From Chlorokybus atmophyticus (taxonomy: Eukaryota; Plantae; Mesostigma and Chlorokybus algae): DNA of 64,000 nucleotides. The DNA lies in the NCBI GenBank assembly GCA_009103225.1, contig RHPI01000810.1:1614132-1678131 (forward strand), read 5' to 3'. The translations under genes and the position numbers were made by a program. The notes beneath the pieces are model-generated. The model saw nothing but the letters and a program-made list of their open reading frames with translations. It made no database searches and was not told where the DNA came from. The stretch's first letter is position 1; each line of letters opens with the position of its first letter. Below are positions 1 through 13,168 of this stretch, piece by piece.

Positions 1-1405
1 CCGAATGTCAGCTGCAATAGTACAAACCACACGCGCGTCAAACGAGTTGTCATTGCATGCTACACGGAAGCTTGTTTGCAGCCTTTTACGAGATGCGCAC
101 CTGTGTTATTGACACATCGTCCAGCACTATGTGGAAGCCAGCAGCTCTCTCCTGTGCAGACGCACGCAACCCTTGTTAGACACAGTACATATATGCCTGC
201 ATGAGAGTGCGTGTAAGCATCCACACCTAAGTGCATGTACATACATGAAAATCTGTGTATGCACATACATGCACACACATGCACATACAGACAAAATGAC
301 AATTATAGAAGCATGCGCACACACACACATACTGCGACAAGCAATCGTATGTCTGTAACTGCAAGCATGAACACTAACTTGCGCGTCTTACTCCTTGGGA
401 GAACACACGCGTGCAGATGCATTCACATGCATATGTGTGCCACTGCCACTCAAAACCCAAAATCCGAATGTGACGCACACACACACCTGCAGTATGCGTC
501 TTATGTCTCTGGACACGACTTCTCTCTGCGTGATGAGTTGCGACGCGTTGTACTGGGCCACGACGGACTTGAGCGTTTCCTGCACGATGGACGGCAGCAC
601 GCGCTGGGCCCAGTCCGTCCCGAGCGTGCGGTAGATCTCGGCGAGCTGGTTGGGGTCGGGACGGGTGAGCACACGCAAAGCGATCTTCACCATCTGCAAG
701 TCCTTGCTGCCGGAAGTGGACTCGACCTGAGGGCAAAGAGAGTGGGGGTGGTTGGGTGGGGGTGGGTGCGTGTGCGTGTGCGTGTGTGCATGCGAGCACG
801 TGAGCATGCAAGTGTGCATGTGGGTGGGTGGTGCGTGCCAGTGCACGCATGTGTGCGTGCCAAGGTGGATGCATGTCTGTCTCCACGTATGTGTGTATTA
901 TGTGAATCGACATTGAGTGTGTGATAAGTGCGAAAATCACAGCATGGAGACTGAAACTGAAACTGAGCTGCAGTGACAAAATGTGGTATGTGCAAAGTAT
1001 CACATGCATGTCATGCAGCATGAAAAAGACAACCCCTGACAACCCCATGCATGCAGTCACGCATACGCACTTGCACGCATTCAGGTCAAGCACACGCACA
1101 AATGCGCGCACACATACACACACGCACACACCCGTACACACGCGCACACGTACCTGGTTGGGGCGGGTGCGGACGTCATAGATGATGGGCCGTTCAAACC
1201 ACGGGATCATCACATGGGTTCCTTCAGAATAGACCTTATCTTTGATTCCCACTATGCGGTTGAACACAATAGCTCTGTGTCCTCCCTCCACGTTGTACAG
1301 GCTGTTCGCTACCCCATACAAGCCCAGCCCACCCAGCACCGCCGCCCTGATAGCTGCCGCTCCCGGACCCCCCGTAGGTAGCTTCACGTTCCTAAGAGTG
1401 TTCAT
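1..1405 (-). CDS. PHB2: Prohibitin-2 (SPFH domain), 3' part runs off the window. Exons 1405-1154, 726-487, 151-101, 11-<1
   Basis: Spliced translation MNTLRN...[46 protein letters not shown] / [23 protein letters not shown]...[39 protein letters not shown] / [17 protein letters not shown] / LTFG. All introns GT-AG, phase 0. Confidence 0.96.
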
Positions 1406-1516
1406 GGCTAACCTGTGGACAGTCTCTCAGCCACTCAAACAAGGCCAACCACACCGCCAACGACACCACCGCCGCCGCCGCCGCTTGCCAAAGAAAAAGC
1501 AAATTCAATGACAAGT

Positions 1517-1525
1517 AAACCCTAA
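1517..1525 (+). promoter_or_regulatory. Telo-box AAACCCTAA in the divergent PHB2 / HMG-histone-fold promoter
   Basis: Exact motif, lying between two start codons 282 bp apart. Confidence 0.5.
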
Positions 1526-1686
1526 TTTTGCTAACTGAGCCGGTTCGGCAAGGCTTGTTTGTGGTAAATGGGCTAGCCAATCCGGGTCGGTAGTTTCCCG
1601 CGCGAAAGGCGTTCAAAGCGTTTGTTTTAGTTGAGAATATTATTTGCGGCGGCAGCGGCGGCGGCGGTGTTGGTGTGGGCGGCGAG

Positions 1687-2383
1687 ATGGGTGTTGCTGT
1701 GGGCGGCGTGGTGGGTGTGAGGAAGGGTTCGGTGAAGAAGAGGGTGAAGAGGAGGACGGGCTTCGCTTGCTTCTGCGATGAGAGGCGAGAGGGCGTGAGA
1801 GCAGAGCTGGCCGCCGCTGGGGCAGAGGCGGCGGCGGCGGTAGATGACCAGGCGAAGGTGGAGGCTCCTGCCACCGCCGCCGCCGTCCGTGTGCCCATGT
1901 GTGACGTGCAGAGAGCGTTGGGCGTTCAGTGGAAGGCTTTGACAGAAGACCAGAAAAAGGCAGGCAATGGGATGGGAGTGGGTTGCTTACTACTGTTTGG
2001 TTGCGTGCATGTGGGTGTTTTGATGATGAAGATATCGTTGCAGGTGTATTTGGACAAAGCTAAAGCGGAGCAGCAGCAGTGTGCACTTCAAGAACAGGTG
2101 AGGATGATTTGCATAGTCATATGTTTGCAACCGTGTAGCCAGCCATTGCTTGCTTGCATGTACACTGGCAAGCAGTGCTGCTGTTGATGTTGGTGGTGCA
2201 TATACGTGTCTGCGCTGTACAAGCAATATGGATGCGTGCAAATGCGTACACTTTGCATGCATAATCAGGAAGCTGCTGACGATGGTGCCGGAGATGATGA
2301 TGTTGCTATGGAAGAGCCACCGTGCACATCGGGAGAGGCCGCGTTTCCAATCTCCAAAGTAAAGGTCAGCAGGAAGTGTCTCT

Positions 2384-2422
<39 letters not shown>

Positions 2423-3310
2423 GCACGCATGCACGCACGCACGAATTCCGCTTAGGCATGGGCGCACACGTACGCAGTAATGCTTGAGTCGCAGTACATG
2501 CACACCTGTGCAATGGCTCATACACATATCAACATGCACACGCCGACACACGCGGCTCCTATGCAGCGCATGATGCAAGCAGACGAGGACCTGCGCCATG
2601 TGTCGAAAGAGTCCACATTTGTTGTCGCCAAAGCCACGGTGCGGATACCCTTACAACTGCTACTGTTGTGTTGTCTGTACGACATCACACAGATGTGTTG
2701 CTTATGTTGACATCGCAGGAGCTGTTTGTGGAGTTGCTTGCGCTGGCGGCGCAATCCGTAGCATCCACTAAGAAGCTCAAGCAGATACGGCACCAGCACT
2801 TGGGTCAGTTTGCGTGTCATGATAAAGCTGATTCGATGTCTATTACACCAGTGATGCGATGTCAACATTACACATATACATGGACATGGACATGCGCACA
2901 CACGCACTCACATTTATGCATGCAAAAAGTACGCGCGCGCAGACACACACACACCACCAAGAATGACATGACTACTTGTGCAGAGCAAGCAATGAAAGCG
3001 AGTGAGCGGTTGCACGAATTCGCAGGTCAGAGCTTCAGCAAGCAATGCACATCAGGCTTTCTCAACAACACCGAGAACAGACGATGATCTCTCAACAAAC
3101 ACACTATTACACGCATCCAACATCATGTTGTTCCTGTGTGCAGCTCCCGAGCACGCAGTATTTGACCGCAAGTCAGAGGAAGAGAACGCTGAGAGGTTGG
3201 CTGCTGAGGAAGCAAAAAGACACAAAGGCAAAGGCGTGGCAACGCCGAGTGATAATAGTAATCACAATAACAATAACAGGTCTATCAAGGACTTCTTCTT
3301 GGTTACGTGA
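1687..3310 (+). CDS. HMG-box plus H2A-like histone-fold protein (NF-YC/DPB3/CHRAC-like), multi-exon
   Basis: KRRTGFACFCDERR...VQRALGVQWKALTEDQKK/VYLDKAKAE (HMG box); FPISKVK/RIMQADEDLRHVSKESTFVVAKAT/ELFVELLA (histone fold); stop TGA 3308-3310. Confidence 0.75.
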
Positions 3311-3569
3311 CCTCTCGTTGCTATTGTTGTATATTCTAACACAACCACTATTGTACAGTACACCACAACGTCGCAAACACTAGTGTCGGTTTTGTATTCT
3401 TGTACCTTGTTTTGTTACTGTTACTGTTACTGGTTTAGTCTGCGGTGGTGGCAAGGCCGCGCGCAATAAATAAAGATATATGACACACATTGTGCCTTTT
3501 CTTTCCACCCGTGTACCTGTTCAAGAGCGTAGCGCAGTGTTTGGATATGTCGTTGGTTGTCCTCTGATG

Positions 3570-4752
3570 CTATTGAGGGGCTCCACTCTCGCCGGCACCT
3601 GGTTGCTCTTGTCCTTCACCGTCACCCGAGGAAGGCTGCAACTCCTCCAGCTGCATCCGTAGTGTTGTGTTTGTTGCTGTAAACGACAGTACCACTACCC
3701 CCACGTGGCTGTGTGATAGCCAACATGCATGCGTGCTTTGATGACGTTGGTGATAATCTCGCACACAATATGCATTTGCGCACATGAGAACACACCCCCA
3801 AGCACGCACACATTGGCGTACACTCATACTCACACGCACAGATATGCACATGCGCACACACTTACACACATGCGCGCAAACAGGTACACACACCTTGGCT
3901 TTGAGTTGGTCGTGTGCGGCCTGCAGGTCCTCAAGCTTGCGGCACAGCTCGTCGCGCTCGGCCTTCAAAGCCTCAAAATCGGCCGGCGTCGGGGCTCCCA
4001 ACGACGACTTTATAAAACTGTGTTGGTGTCGCACGCGTATGAATCGTCGTCCCACACGCAAGCAAGCATGCACGCACGCACGCACACCTACAATGGCAAC
4101 ACTTGGCACTCACTCTATGGCCACACCGGGCTTCTCCCGCTCTTCATACAGGGACACCAGCACTGTTGCGTGAATTAATCCAGATGAGTAACAAAGTGTG
4201 AGATTTGCGTGTGTACTCACGCTCATGCGCACGCGCGCGCACACACACACACACGCACGCGCGCACGCACGCACGCTTACCTTTTGTGAGTGCGTCTATG
4301 GCTCCGCTTGCTTCCAGATACTGCCTGTACGCCTGCTTCTTGCTGTCCGCTAAAACAACAGACTCAACAGCCGCCTGGACAAGTGCAGATATCGAATGAA
4401 CAGCAGCACTCTGTGCACAAGATGCAAGGTAAATCAACGCACGTGCCAGTCAAAACCGCACTCGCCTTGTGTTTGTGTGCGCGCATGCCCGCGTGCGTGC
4501 GAGCGTGCGTGTTGGTGCGTAATGCCAAACGAGTCTATATATCTATCTATATAGATTTAAGTGTGATTTCGTGCGCGAGTGCAGGAATCTGAGCTTGATG
4601 TGCGTATGCTTGTGTCCAACTGATTGTGCTTCTCCGTGTGCGTCTGTATTGCACTGAGTCGTGTGCTTCAATGTTGAGTTGTGACTGCGTGAGTTAAGCA
4701 CACATGAGAGTGTTGATGCTCAGGTCAATGACCAGCCCTGACTGTGTACCAT
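3570..4752 (-). CDS. MYCBP: c-Myc-binding protein homolog (MYCBP/AMY-1, FAP174-like)
   Basis: M/AAVESVVLADSKKQAYRQYLEASGAIDALTK/VLVSLYEEREKPGVAIE/FIKSSLGAPTPADFEALKAERDEL. The ATG-only first exon at 4752-4750 is inferred from phase. Confidence 0.88.
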
Positions 4753-4841
4753 GCTTGCGAGAAGGCGGCGTCAATGCGCGAGCGCACGCCTCTCCCCCTC
4801 AGCAACGATGCCAACGCCGATGTCGCCGCCGTTGCCGCCAG

Positions 4842-4850
4842 TTAGGGTTT
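4842..4850 (-). promoter_or_regulatory. Telo-box about 90 nt upstream of the MYCBP ATG
   Basis: TTAGGGTTT on the plus strand. Confidence 0.45.
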
Positions 4851-5481
4851 CGCCGCTTTGCTTGTGTGCTATTTCAGGGGCATAGCCCACGTGACTCGGT
4901 CGAGGTTCCATCCATGTCATGAACTACCGGTATTGCATGGTTTCTCTGTCGCAGTCATAAGTACTACCGGTTTTGATTGTGCTTCAGTAATTCTTTGAGC
5001 ATGCAAGATGACTTTAGTTAGATCCGTGCACTCCATTGATTAACTCCATTGAGGCGCATTCGATTCAAATTAAAACGAGGTCTTAATTTAGCGGGATACT
5101 TGTGTGCACATTGTTGGGTTACTTAACATGCGTGTATACGTGATTTACAGCTAATAAATTAGCAAATGATTGTTAGCAATTAGCGAATTGCACATTTCTC
5201 ACGTATTGATATAAATCATTACATTATCGTATCATACAAATATTCATACTTGGATCATCTCGTAATGGCTCTTACTTTGCCACAATGCGTATGATCACCT
5301 TATAAACGTTTTACTCTATAAAACAATCAAATGCATATAAGTGGCATGACCAGATGTGGCCAATCACGTTTGTAATGCATTGATTATACTGATCAAGTGA
5401 CATGGCTGACACAACACGATGAGTAGTAATTTATTTGCTTTTATTAATCGGTATCGTCGAGATATGCTTCTGATGGCATGA

Positions 5482-5523
5482 GCATGGAGCAGGAAATGGA
5501 GCGATCCATTTCCTGCTCCATGC
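5482..5523. repeat. Perfect 19-bp inverted repeat with GCGA loop
   Basis: GCATGGAGCAGGAAATGGA-GCGA-TCCATTTCCTGCTCCATGC. Confidence 0.95.
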
Positions 5524-6186
5524 CCTTGGATAAGCGATCGATTGATGGCTTATCATTGTTAGCTCGAATGTTCAATTGAAGGCCCTGAAGGCTAGTAGAA
5601 ACACTTGTGTATGTGCACTTCTTGTGATCTCATGTATGACATGCATGCTGGCATGTCAAACAAAGAGGTGGTTCTAGTAGTGGTAGTGAGGAATAGGCTA
5701 GCCCGGTGGTAAACTACTTGATGACAATGACAGCGTGCATGCTGCTGGCTGCTCACACTGCTTGCATGCGCCTCGCACACCACATTGTATGTACTTCACG
5801 AGTTTTCACACATGGAGTATGGTACACCCACTTCCTCAATACTAGTCTACTGACATCCTTGTTGTTACAGCATACATGTTTTGCATATAACCAGTGTGCA
5901 ACCTGCACTTATTCGCATGCAGTTCAATGACCTTGACACTCTAACCCACCATGAGCAATGTGGGGATTACAGAAGAGTGCTGCAGCTCGACATGCACTGC
6001 ACACCCACAACAATAGCATCCAGTATTCGCAATACCAACAGCTCATACGCTTCGCGAACAAGCACAGGCCATAATCACAATGCAATACGACAGCTATTGA
6101 AGTACACGGTGACCCAATACTCAACTGGCAACATGTTGTTGAAGGCGACATGCGTACAAAAGTCACACAACACATGACGTCATGTG

Positions 6187-8096
6187 TCAACATTTGTCTG
6201 GCGCAGACTCCCCGGCAGTCTCTGCCTTCTGTGCATCAGGCTCATCGGTGTCCTGACCAGCAACGGCATCCGCCTCCAATGCACCCTCCAACATACCCTC
6301 GTGTGGCTGCTGTTGTGCATGTGCAGCCACACTCTCATCCCTTTGTGCATCAGCTTGCGGACTGGAAGGCAAGTGCTTTCCAGCAGCAGCAGTGGCATCA
6401 GCAGCAGTAGCAGCATCTTGCGCGGGACTTGTATCATCTGCAGGTGGAGACTTGTCCACACCATTGGCTTTGCCATCTATGTGTGGGTCTCTGGCGGGTG
6501 ACCGTGATGTGCCGCGAGCCAGGTCGGGTGACTTGCTGTCTGGTGCCGGTAATGGATTGTGCAGTGGTGATGGTGACTTGGACCTTGCGCGTGCGAGTGG
6601 GCTACGCGAGCGGTTGGAGTCCCTGGACTTGCTGCGCTTGCTGCGCTTGTGCCGCGACTTGCGGTGCCGCTTGTGTCTGGACTTGCGGTCTATGCTGCGG
6701 CTTCTACTTCTACTGCGTGAGGGAGAACGGCTTCTACTGCTGCCACTCGCCGCTCGCTTCCTGTGCTTGCGCCTCCTCTTACGCTTTTCTTCATCGCTGC
6801 TCAGCAGGACAAACAGTGTCAACAAGTGCCGTAACAAAACATGCAACGTGCTGGAAACACGAAATGTTAACAGTAAAATTCAACAACACGCTGGCAGCAA
6901 ACACACCCACGTGCACGCATGCACATACATGTGCACGCGCATTCACACATGATGTATGCTGGCGCAGTGTGCGAGAGGTACCTATCCTCAGGGGATCGCC
7001 TCCTCTCTGTTCTTTTCCGCTTGGCCTCCGGTGATGCCGAGTCTTTGCTGCGTTTACGTCGTCGCTCAGACGAAGGTGAGTCCCTGCGCGCATGACGCCC
7101 TCGCTTTTCTTCCGGTGGTGACAAGTCTTTGCTGCGTTTGAGTCGGCCATCGGGTGAAGGCGAATCCCTGCGCGCATGGCGGCCTCGACTACGCTCTCGG
7201 CTGCGGTCTCGCCGGTGCTTGTGCTTTGATGGCGATCGTGATGGTGATGGAGAGCGACCCCGTTTTGATCGTGGCGGGGGGGAGACATCACGATGTTTAT
7301 CAACAGACTTCTGCCGACTATCGGACCTGTACCGATCTTCACTCACGCGCTTACGGTCATCTGCCCTAGCACTGGTTCTATGATCATCTATCCGTGGACG
7401 GTCATTCCGGCCGGGTGCGCGCTGGTGTCGATCCTGCTAAGGTGATATAACAGTTCCGTCACAACTGCAGTCAATGCATGCTGGCAATGATCAGTCAACC
7501 AGGTTTTTGCAACAATCAGTTGGAGGATGTCAATCCACCAGATACATGTATGTGTTGATATGTACACGAATACATGCAGTACACGTAGACACGTACAAAC
7601 ATGCCTAGACCTACGTATAATGAACATACATGAAGATTTGATTCAGGCAACAACCTCATGCAGACAAGCATGTCTGTTGGTGCCTTTGCATTTATGTTCC
7701 AGAAAACGTGTGACATGAGAGGCATGCTGAACTTCAACAGAAAGAAGACGTGATGGTGTTCCAGGCTGAAAGAAAAAGAGCCTTGAGTGACCACAGTTGG
7801 CAATGTGTAGTGTTCATGCAAAATGGAAGTCATCTTGGTCAGTGTTTGCTCCGGTCGACAAAAGAGCTATCCAAACACGTGTTTAAGAATATCCGACTGG
7901 TGGTCTCATCAAGCACAAGCATGTATGATGGTAAATGGTTCATAAAGATGAGGAAGCGAAATGCGCGGGTGGGAGTGCGGACCTGTGCGTGAGCAGGCGG
8001 AGGTGGAGGCGGCGCAGGAGCGTTCGCAGCAGCTGCAATGCCGACGCCATGCTTCATCCATGCCGGCAACACCATGTGCCGACCCCGCCCAGCCAT
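6187..8096 (-). CDS. Arg/Ser-rich low-complexity protein, probably splicing or nuclear-speckle related; exon structure partly uncertain
   Basis: MAGRGRHMVLPAWMKHG start; RS tracts RSRSPSRSRSRSRS and RRDRSRERSRGRH in ORFs 6867-7346 and 6187-6846. Confidence 0.65.
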
Positions 8097-8572
8097 GGCT
8101 CCCCAACACTACAGCCAAGCTTGCCCCAACCCAGCATGCAACCAACACCGCACGCACGCTATGGCCTGATGCACGGCAGCGAGAAGCCGGCCTCAACCAG
8201 ACAGCTTGACAACCGGCGTCCCATCTCCGCCTCCTCCGCACCTCGCCGACCCCGCCAGCAACACCACGACCGTCGCCGCCGCCGCTTCAGAGGAACAGTG
8301 TCTTAACGGATTATGTTCAGCTGGCTGGATGCCCGGTCGCGAAACAAACACCTACTCTGCAACGCGCGTGCCTGCACTGAATATGCAGCTAAAAGCTTCA
8401 CTGAACGTGCAGCTTAATGCCACAGCTACAAGCTTAATTGTCAACTAACCCTATTGACGCCGTGGAGGCAGCGGCGGCGGCGGACGAGGACGAGGAGGAC
8501 GAGGAGGACGTCGTGAAAGCTGTTGTAGAGGAGGTTTGTTTTGAGTTGCAGTGTCCCGGATTTGCTTGAAGC

Positions 8573-11287
8573 ATGGCGAACGCTGATGCTACGAAGGCCG
8601 CCGCTGCGGCTCCCGCAGCCAACGGCAAGCCTGCTGCTGAAGAGAAGCCGGCTGAGCCTATCGTCGCCAAGGACCCCAAGGATGTGTTGCTGGCAGGTGG
8701 GATCGACTGTTAATTTCTGCTGTGGTAGACATATCATAAGTTAATGCAGGTGCTGACTGTTCAGTGCCTAGGCGCATGTTCACGTTGGTGTGCATGGTAA
8801 ATGTTCCAACCTTGTGATCGTACTCACTTCATGCATACGTTTATAGTTGATGTTTGCCGTCTTGGTTACCTTGACTTATAAAGTTTTGGGTACGCATGCG
8901 CAATTGACTGTTAAGGATCAGTTGCAACAATAATAATACATTAAGTCAACTTCATGAATATCATACTCTCCACGATTGGTACCAGCACACGCACCTGTGG
9001 TTGCACGTTCTATCGTCCAGTCAAAATTGTCCCCTGCAGTTGCAGATTTCCCATTCCTTTGAAGCGCAAAACTAGTTGGTTGTTTACTGTAACAGCTGCC
9101 ACTTGCATCCATGCACAACTTTGTACTATCTGCACAAGCATGTTTGACTTGATCTACATCAATCCTGGTGGGGTTGTTGTGTATGTTTGTCGATTTTGTC
9201 CTCATGCTGCCTCTTCTACTATGACTGACATACACTTACACCTTGATTAGGTCTTGCTCTTAAGCATGACATACTTGCTCTCAAGCATTATGTTGATCAT
9301 TCCCCAGAATTTTGTAATTGTTTAATACTCCTCTTGCAGAGTTGCGCACAATTGCTGCGCTGGTCGAGCGTTCCGTATCCTTGAGGGAGTCGCGGTTCAT
9401 GACAAGAGCCCTGCGTCAAACAGCCGCCGCTCGCAAGAGGTTAACCGCACCAGTGTTGAGTACGTTCATAAAGGAGTACATCCCGAGCGACTCAGAAGCA
9501 CGAGTCCTGCTGACCCACTTGCAAGGGGTACGTGTGTCAGCCAGTGGTTAGTATTGTTGTTTTGGGACTGAAGCCTAAGTTTGGTGTGCTATGACTACAG
9601 TCGGACATGGATGTTGATGAGTCGGATGGCCCTGTTTCCGCAAAGCCGTCCACTCGCAAGGGTCCATTGCTTCCTGAGCTGGAGATGTACACCTACCTTA
9701 TTACGCTAATTTACCTGGTAGACGCAGAGTCGTTTGATAAGGTGAGGCTCAGTTACTATCATTGACCCACGAAGCAGTGCACATAGTGTGCATGTGCGTG
9801 TGCGCACGTCAAGTGCAGACCATGCGCTTTTTATGGTTGCAGGCCAAGGCTTGTGCAAATGCAGCCGTTCGGAGACTGCAAGGTTTCAACAGGCGAACCA
9901 TGGATGTGATAGGAGCGCGTTTGTGCTTTTACTTGTCTTTGAGCTACGAGAAGACTAACACACTTGCAGAGATACGCAGGTTCGTGTTTAAATTTCAAGC
10001 TCAGACATGTAGTTTAGTTGTTGCCAACTTTTGGTGGTAACCTACTACTTGTGCATTGCAGCACACTGCTAGCGCTTCATCGCACAGCCACATTGAGGCA
10101 TGACGATGTCGGGCAGGTACGTAAACTTGCGTGATTGTGTGCGTGTGCGTGTGTGTTTAAGTCGCTGTTATTGAAGTTTTGGCGAACATCGTGTGTGAAC
10201 TGTGCAGGAAACGCTGCTAAACCTGTTGCTGCGGAACTACCTGTATTACAGTCTTTATGACCAGGCAGAGAAGCTCCGCTCCAAAACCCAACGCGCAGAG
10301 TCCCGATCAAACCACCAAGTAAATTGGATTAGAGAAGATGTTTTACTTCTGTCTTATACCCTCGCTCAATAGCATTGACGCAAGTTCCAAACTGCTCCTG
10401 CAGTTCTGCAGGTATTTGTACTATCTTGGGCGCATACGAGCGATTCAGCTTGAGTACACCGACGCCAAGGAGTGTCTGCTGCAAGCGGCGAGGAAAGCGC
10501 CGCAAGGTGGTGCGCTGGGCTTCAGGATCGCTTGCAACAAGTGGGCCATCATCGTGCGGCTGCTGCTGGGAGAGATACCCGAGCGGACTCTCTTCATGCA
10601 GTCTGGCATGAAAACAGCCCTGAAACCATACTTTGACCTCACTCAGGTGAGACATGTCATGTGGAAACGCAGTGACATGGGCATGACAGAGCTGTCGTGC
10701 ACAAGATTCCAGTGTAGCTTCTAGATGGTTCTTATGATGGGAAAACAGTGCAGCTGACTTATTATTTGTGTGTTGTACAGTCTGTGCGTGTGGGCAATTT
10801 GGAAGCCTTTCACAACACGAGCGTGAAGTACGCGACGGTGTTTCAGGCGGACAGCACGCACAACCTGATCGTGCGTCTTCGCCAGAATGTGATCAAGACG
10901 GGCCTGAGGCGCATCAGCCTGTCTTACTCGCGCATTTCTTTGGCGGACATCGCAAAGAAGCTGCATCTTGACGCCGTGGAGGACGCCGAGAACATTGTCA
11001 CGAAGGCGATCAGGGATGGCGGTATCGAGGCCACCGTGAGCCACGAGAGCGGATGGATGCAGTCCAAGGAGAGCACCGACATTTACTCATCGCAGGAGCC
11101 CATGTTGGCCTTCCACTCGCGCGTGGCCTTTTGCCTCGACATCCATAACGAGGCCGTCAAAGCCATGCGCTTCCCGCCGGATGCACACAAGACCAACCTC
11201 GAGACCGCCGAGAAGAGACGCGAGCGCCTGCAGCAGGAGCAGGAGCTTGCCAAGCACATTGTGGAAGAGGACGATGAGGAGTTTTAG
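8573..11287 (+). CDS. RPN3: 26S proteasome regulatory subunit RPN3/PSMD3, multi-exon
   Basis: LLPELEMY; [23 protein letters not shown]; [19 protein letters not shown]; [30 protein letters not shown]; [31 protein letters not shown]. Confidence 0.97.
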
Positions 11288-11858
11288 CAGCAACGCAATA
11301 AAGAGTTGATGTTCCTGAGTGCCATGCGCTTGAGTCCATGCTTGCGGGGTGATGAATTTCTCTTCTTATGCGCGTGATACTGCTGCATGGCTGTTGCGTG
11401 TGCCACATGGTGTGTTGGTGTTCATCAGGAATCGCGCATTGACTGTAACGTGTCTAATGTGGTCGTCAGTGTGTAATGTGTCTGTGAACAAAATCTGGAC
11501 CAGCCGAATCGGGGTTTTTATTTATTTATTTATTTATTTCCATTGTCGCGCAGCCACGGCATGACAGGGTTGGCATACTGCTTTTCTATACTTCTATGCT
11601 CATCTATACTTCTGTACTCATCACAGGGCATGACAGCGATGCATCAGTGACGGCTGCTGCTAAGCATGCGCAAGCAATGCTTAGCTAATTGTTAGCAGAG
11701 TCTTAAGCCTGCTCCACACTGCTGCTCTCAGCTGAAAAGTAGATTGCGGCGCACACCCTCCCTGTTAACATATGCCTACGCAATCAAGTACCTACAACGC
11801 CATTATGATTTTCACAATGGCAGCTATGCTGATTAATCTGCTGCTCATAACTCCAACA

Positions 11859-12989
11859 TCACGCAACGGTGAGGTCATCGTTGTAGTAGAGGTGGATAAC
11901 GGGGATGTAAAAGTCATCGTTGAGTGCAAGCTGTTGGTAGTCGCCCCTCTCGTCAGGCACGCCGTTCTCGTCCAACGTCAGCCGCAGATCCAACGGCTCA
12001 AAGTTCCACGCGCCAGTGTTGGGGTCCCTCAACATCACCTACAGGACAAGCCACACATGAGACACTCAAAAAGATTTAGAGAGTTGATGGCACTCACACG
12101 TGCGCGCGCATCTGTGTGTACACATGAACAGGTGCACACACACACGCACACATATACACGAGCGCACATGCCATCATACAGACACGCGCATGCATACGCA
12201 CATATGCGACCACGCTCGCACGCACACCCACCTTCCATGTGTAGCTCCCTCCGTGTGCGTTATGTGCCATGAACCGTTCTCTTATCTCCTCGACGGTCTC
12301 CTCTGCCGGCACATCGATGAGGTCCTCCTGTCCCGTCAGCACGTTCTTGACGCGCACCGGACGACGGCGACGCGACAGCTTGCCGACCCTGTACTTGGGG
12401 TCGCGCCACCAGGGAGCATCGAAACCGCTGTCCCAGTCGGAACGAACGTCCTGGGGTGAGGAGTGAGCACTTACATGTACCGTGCGTGTGTGTGTGTGTG
12501 TGTACGTGTGTCTGCGCGCGCGCGCACACACATACACGCACAGATACACATACTTACATGCACACGCACACACATACACGTGCGCGCACGCATGCACGCG
12601 CATATGCAGGCACACTCACCCACCCGCACACGCACCCACACTCAGCCACACGCAAACGCACGCACGCACGCACGCACGTTCCCACTCACACCCCCCCCAC
12701 TCCATCCACCCACCTCCGGCGGCACATGTATGAACCTCCCCATGGGCGTATAATACCCCTCCACATTCCTCTCCTTGTCCACTCTCCTCTTGACGTCTCC
12801 CGTCTCTTCATCGAACCACTGGCTCACGTCTCTACCAGCGTTCTCAACGATCGGTCTTGCAAGGACACCCTCGGGATGAGACTGGATCAGTTGGGTCAGA
12901 TCAACTACTATGCCTAAGAAGGAAAGCCAGCAGTTGGACGAAGTGCAGTGGAGGGAAACCTCATCGGGAGTGTACCACTCGCGCTTCAT
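11859..12989 (-). CDS. CYB5D1: Cytochrome b5 domain-containing protein 1 (axonemal/radial spoke), 3 exons
   Basis: MKREWYTPDEVSLHCTSSNCWLSFLG...AGRDVSQWFD...TPMGRFIHVPP / PWWRDPKYRVGKLS...EETVEEIRERFMAHNAHGGSYTWK / LDLRLTLDENGVPDE...DFYIPVIHLYYNDDLTVA*. Confidence 0.93.
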
Positions 12990-13136
12990 TGACCTGGAGA
13001 GTGGAATGAGTGTGTTAGTTGAGTTGTAGTGGAGTGTGGTTGTGTATCTCCTACTTGCCTTTTGGTTGTTTGGTCTTCGATCATGTCGCGGGTGGCTTTG
13101 GAGTTGCGCGTGCCGGCCGTGCGAGTGTTGGCACTG

Positions 13137-13168
<32 letters not shown>

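Noticed and set aside
60-4600. Many short ORFs rich in HTHT / CVCV / ARAR (also at 12-17 kb and 59.6-60.5 kb)
   Set aside because: They are frames across CA/TG intronic microsatellite-like tracts and do not fit the spliced gene models
5482-5600. Hairpin as a Helitron 3' end
   Set aside because: The nearest CTAG is about 70 nt downstream, farther than the usual spacing, and no 5' TC boundary could be defined
11440-11480. TGTAA motifs after RPN3 as proof of chlorophyte identity
   Set aside because: A 5-mer is common by chance, and other 3' ends show AATAAA-like signals; not enough for taxonomy
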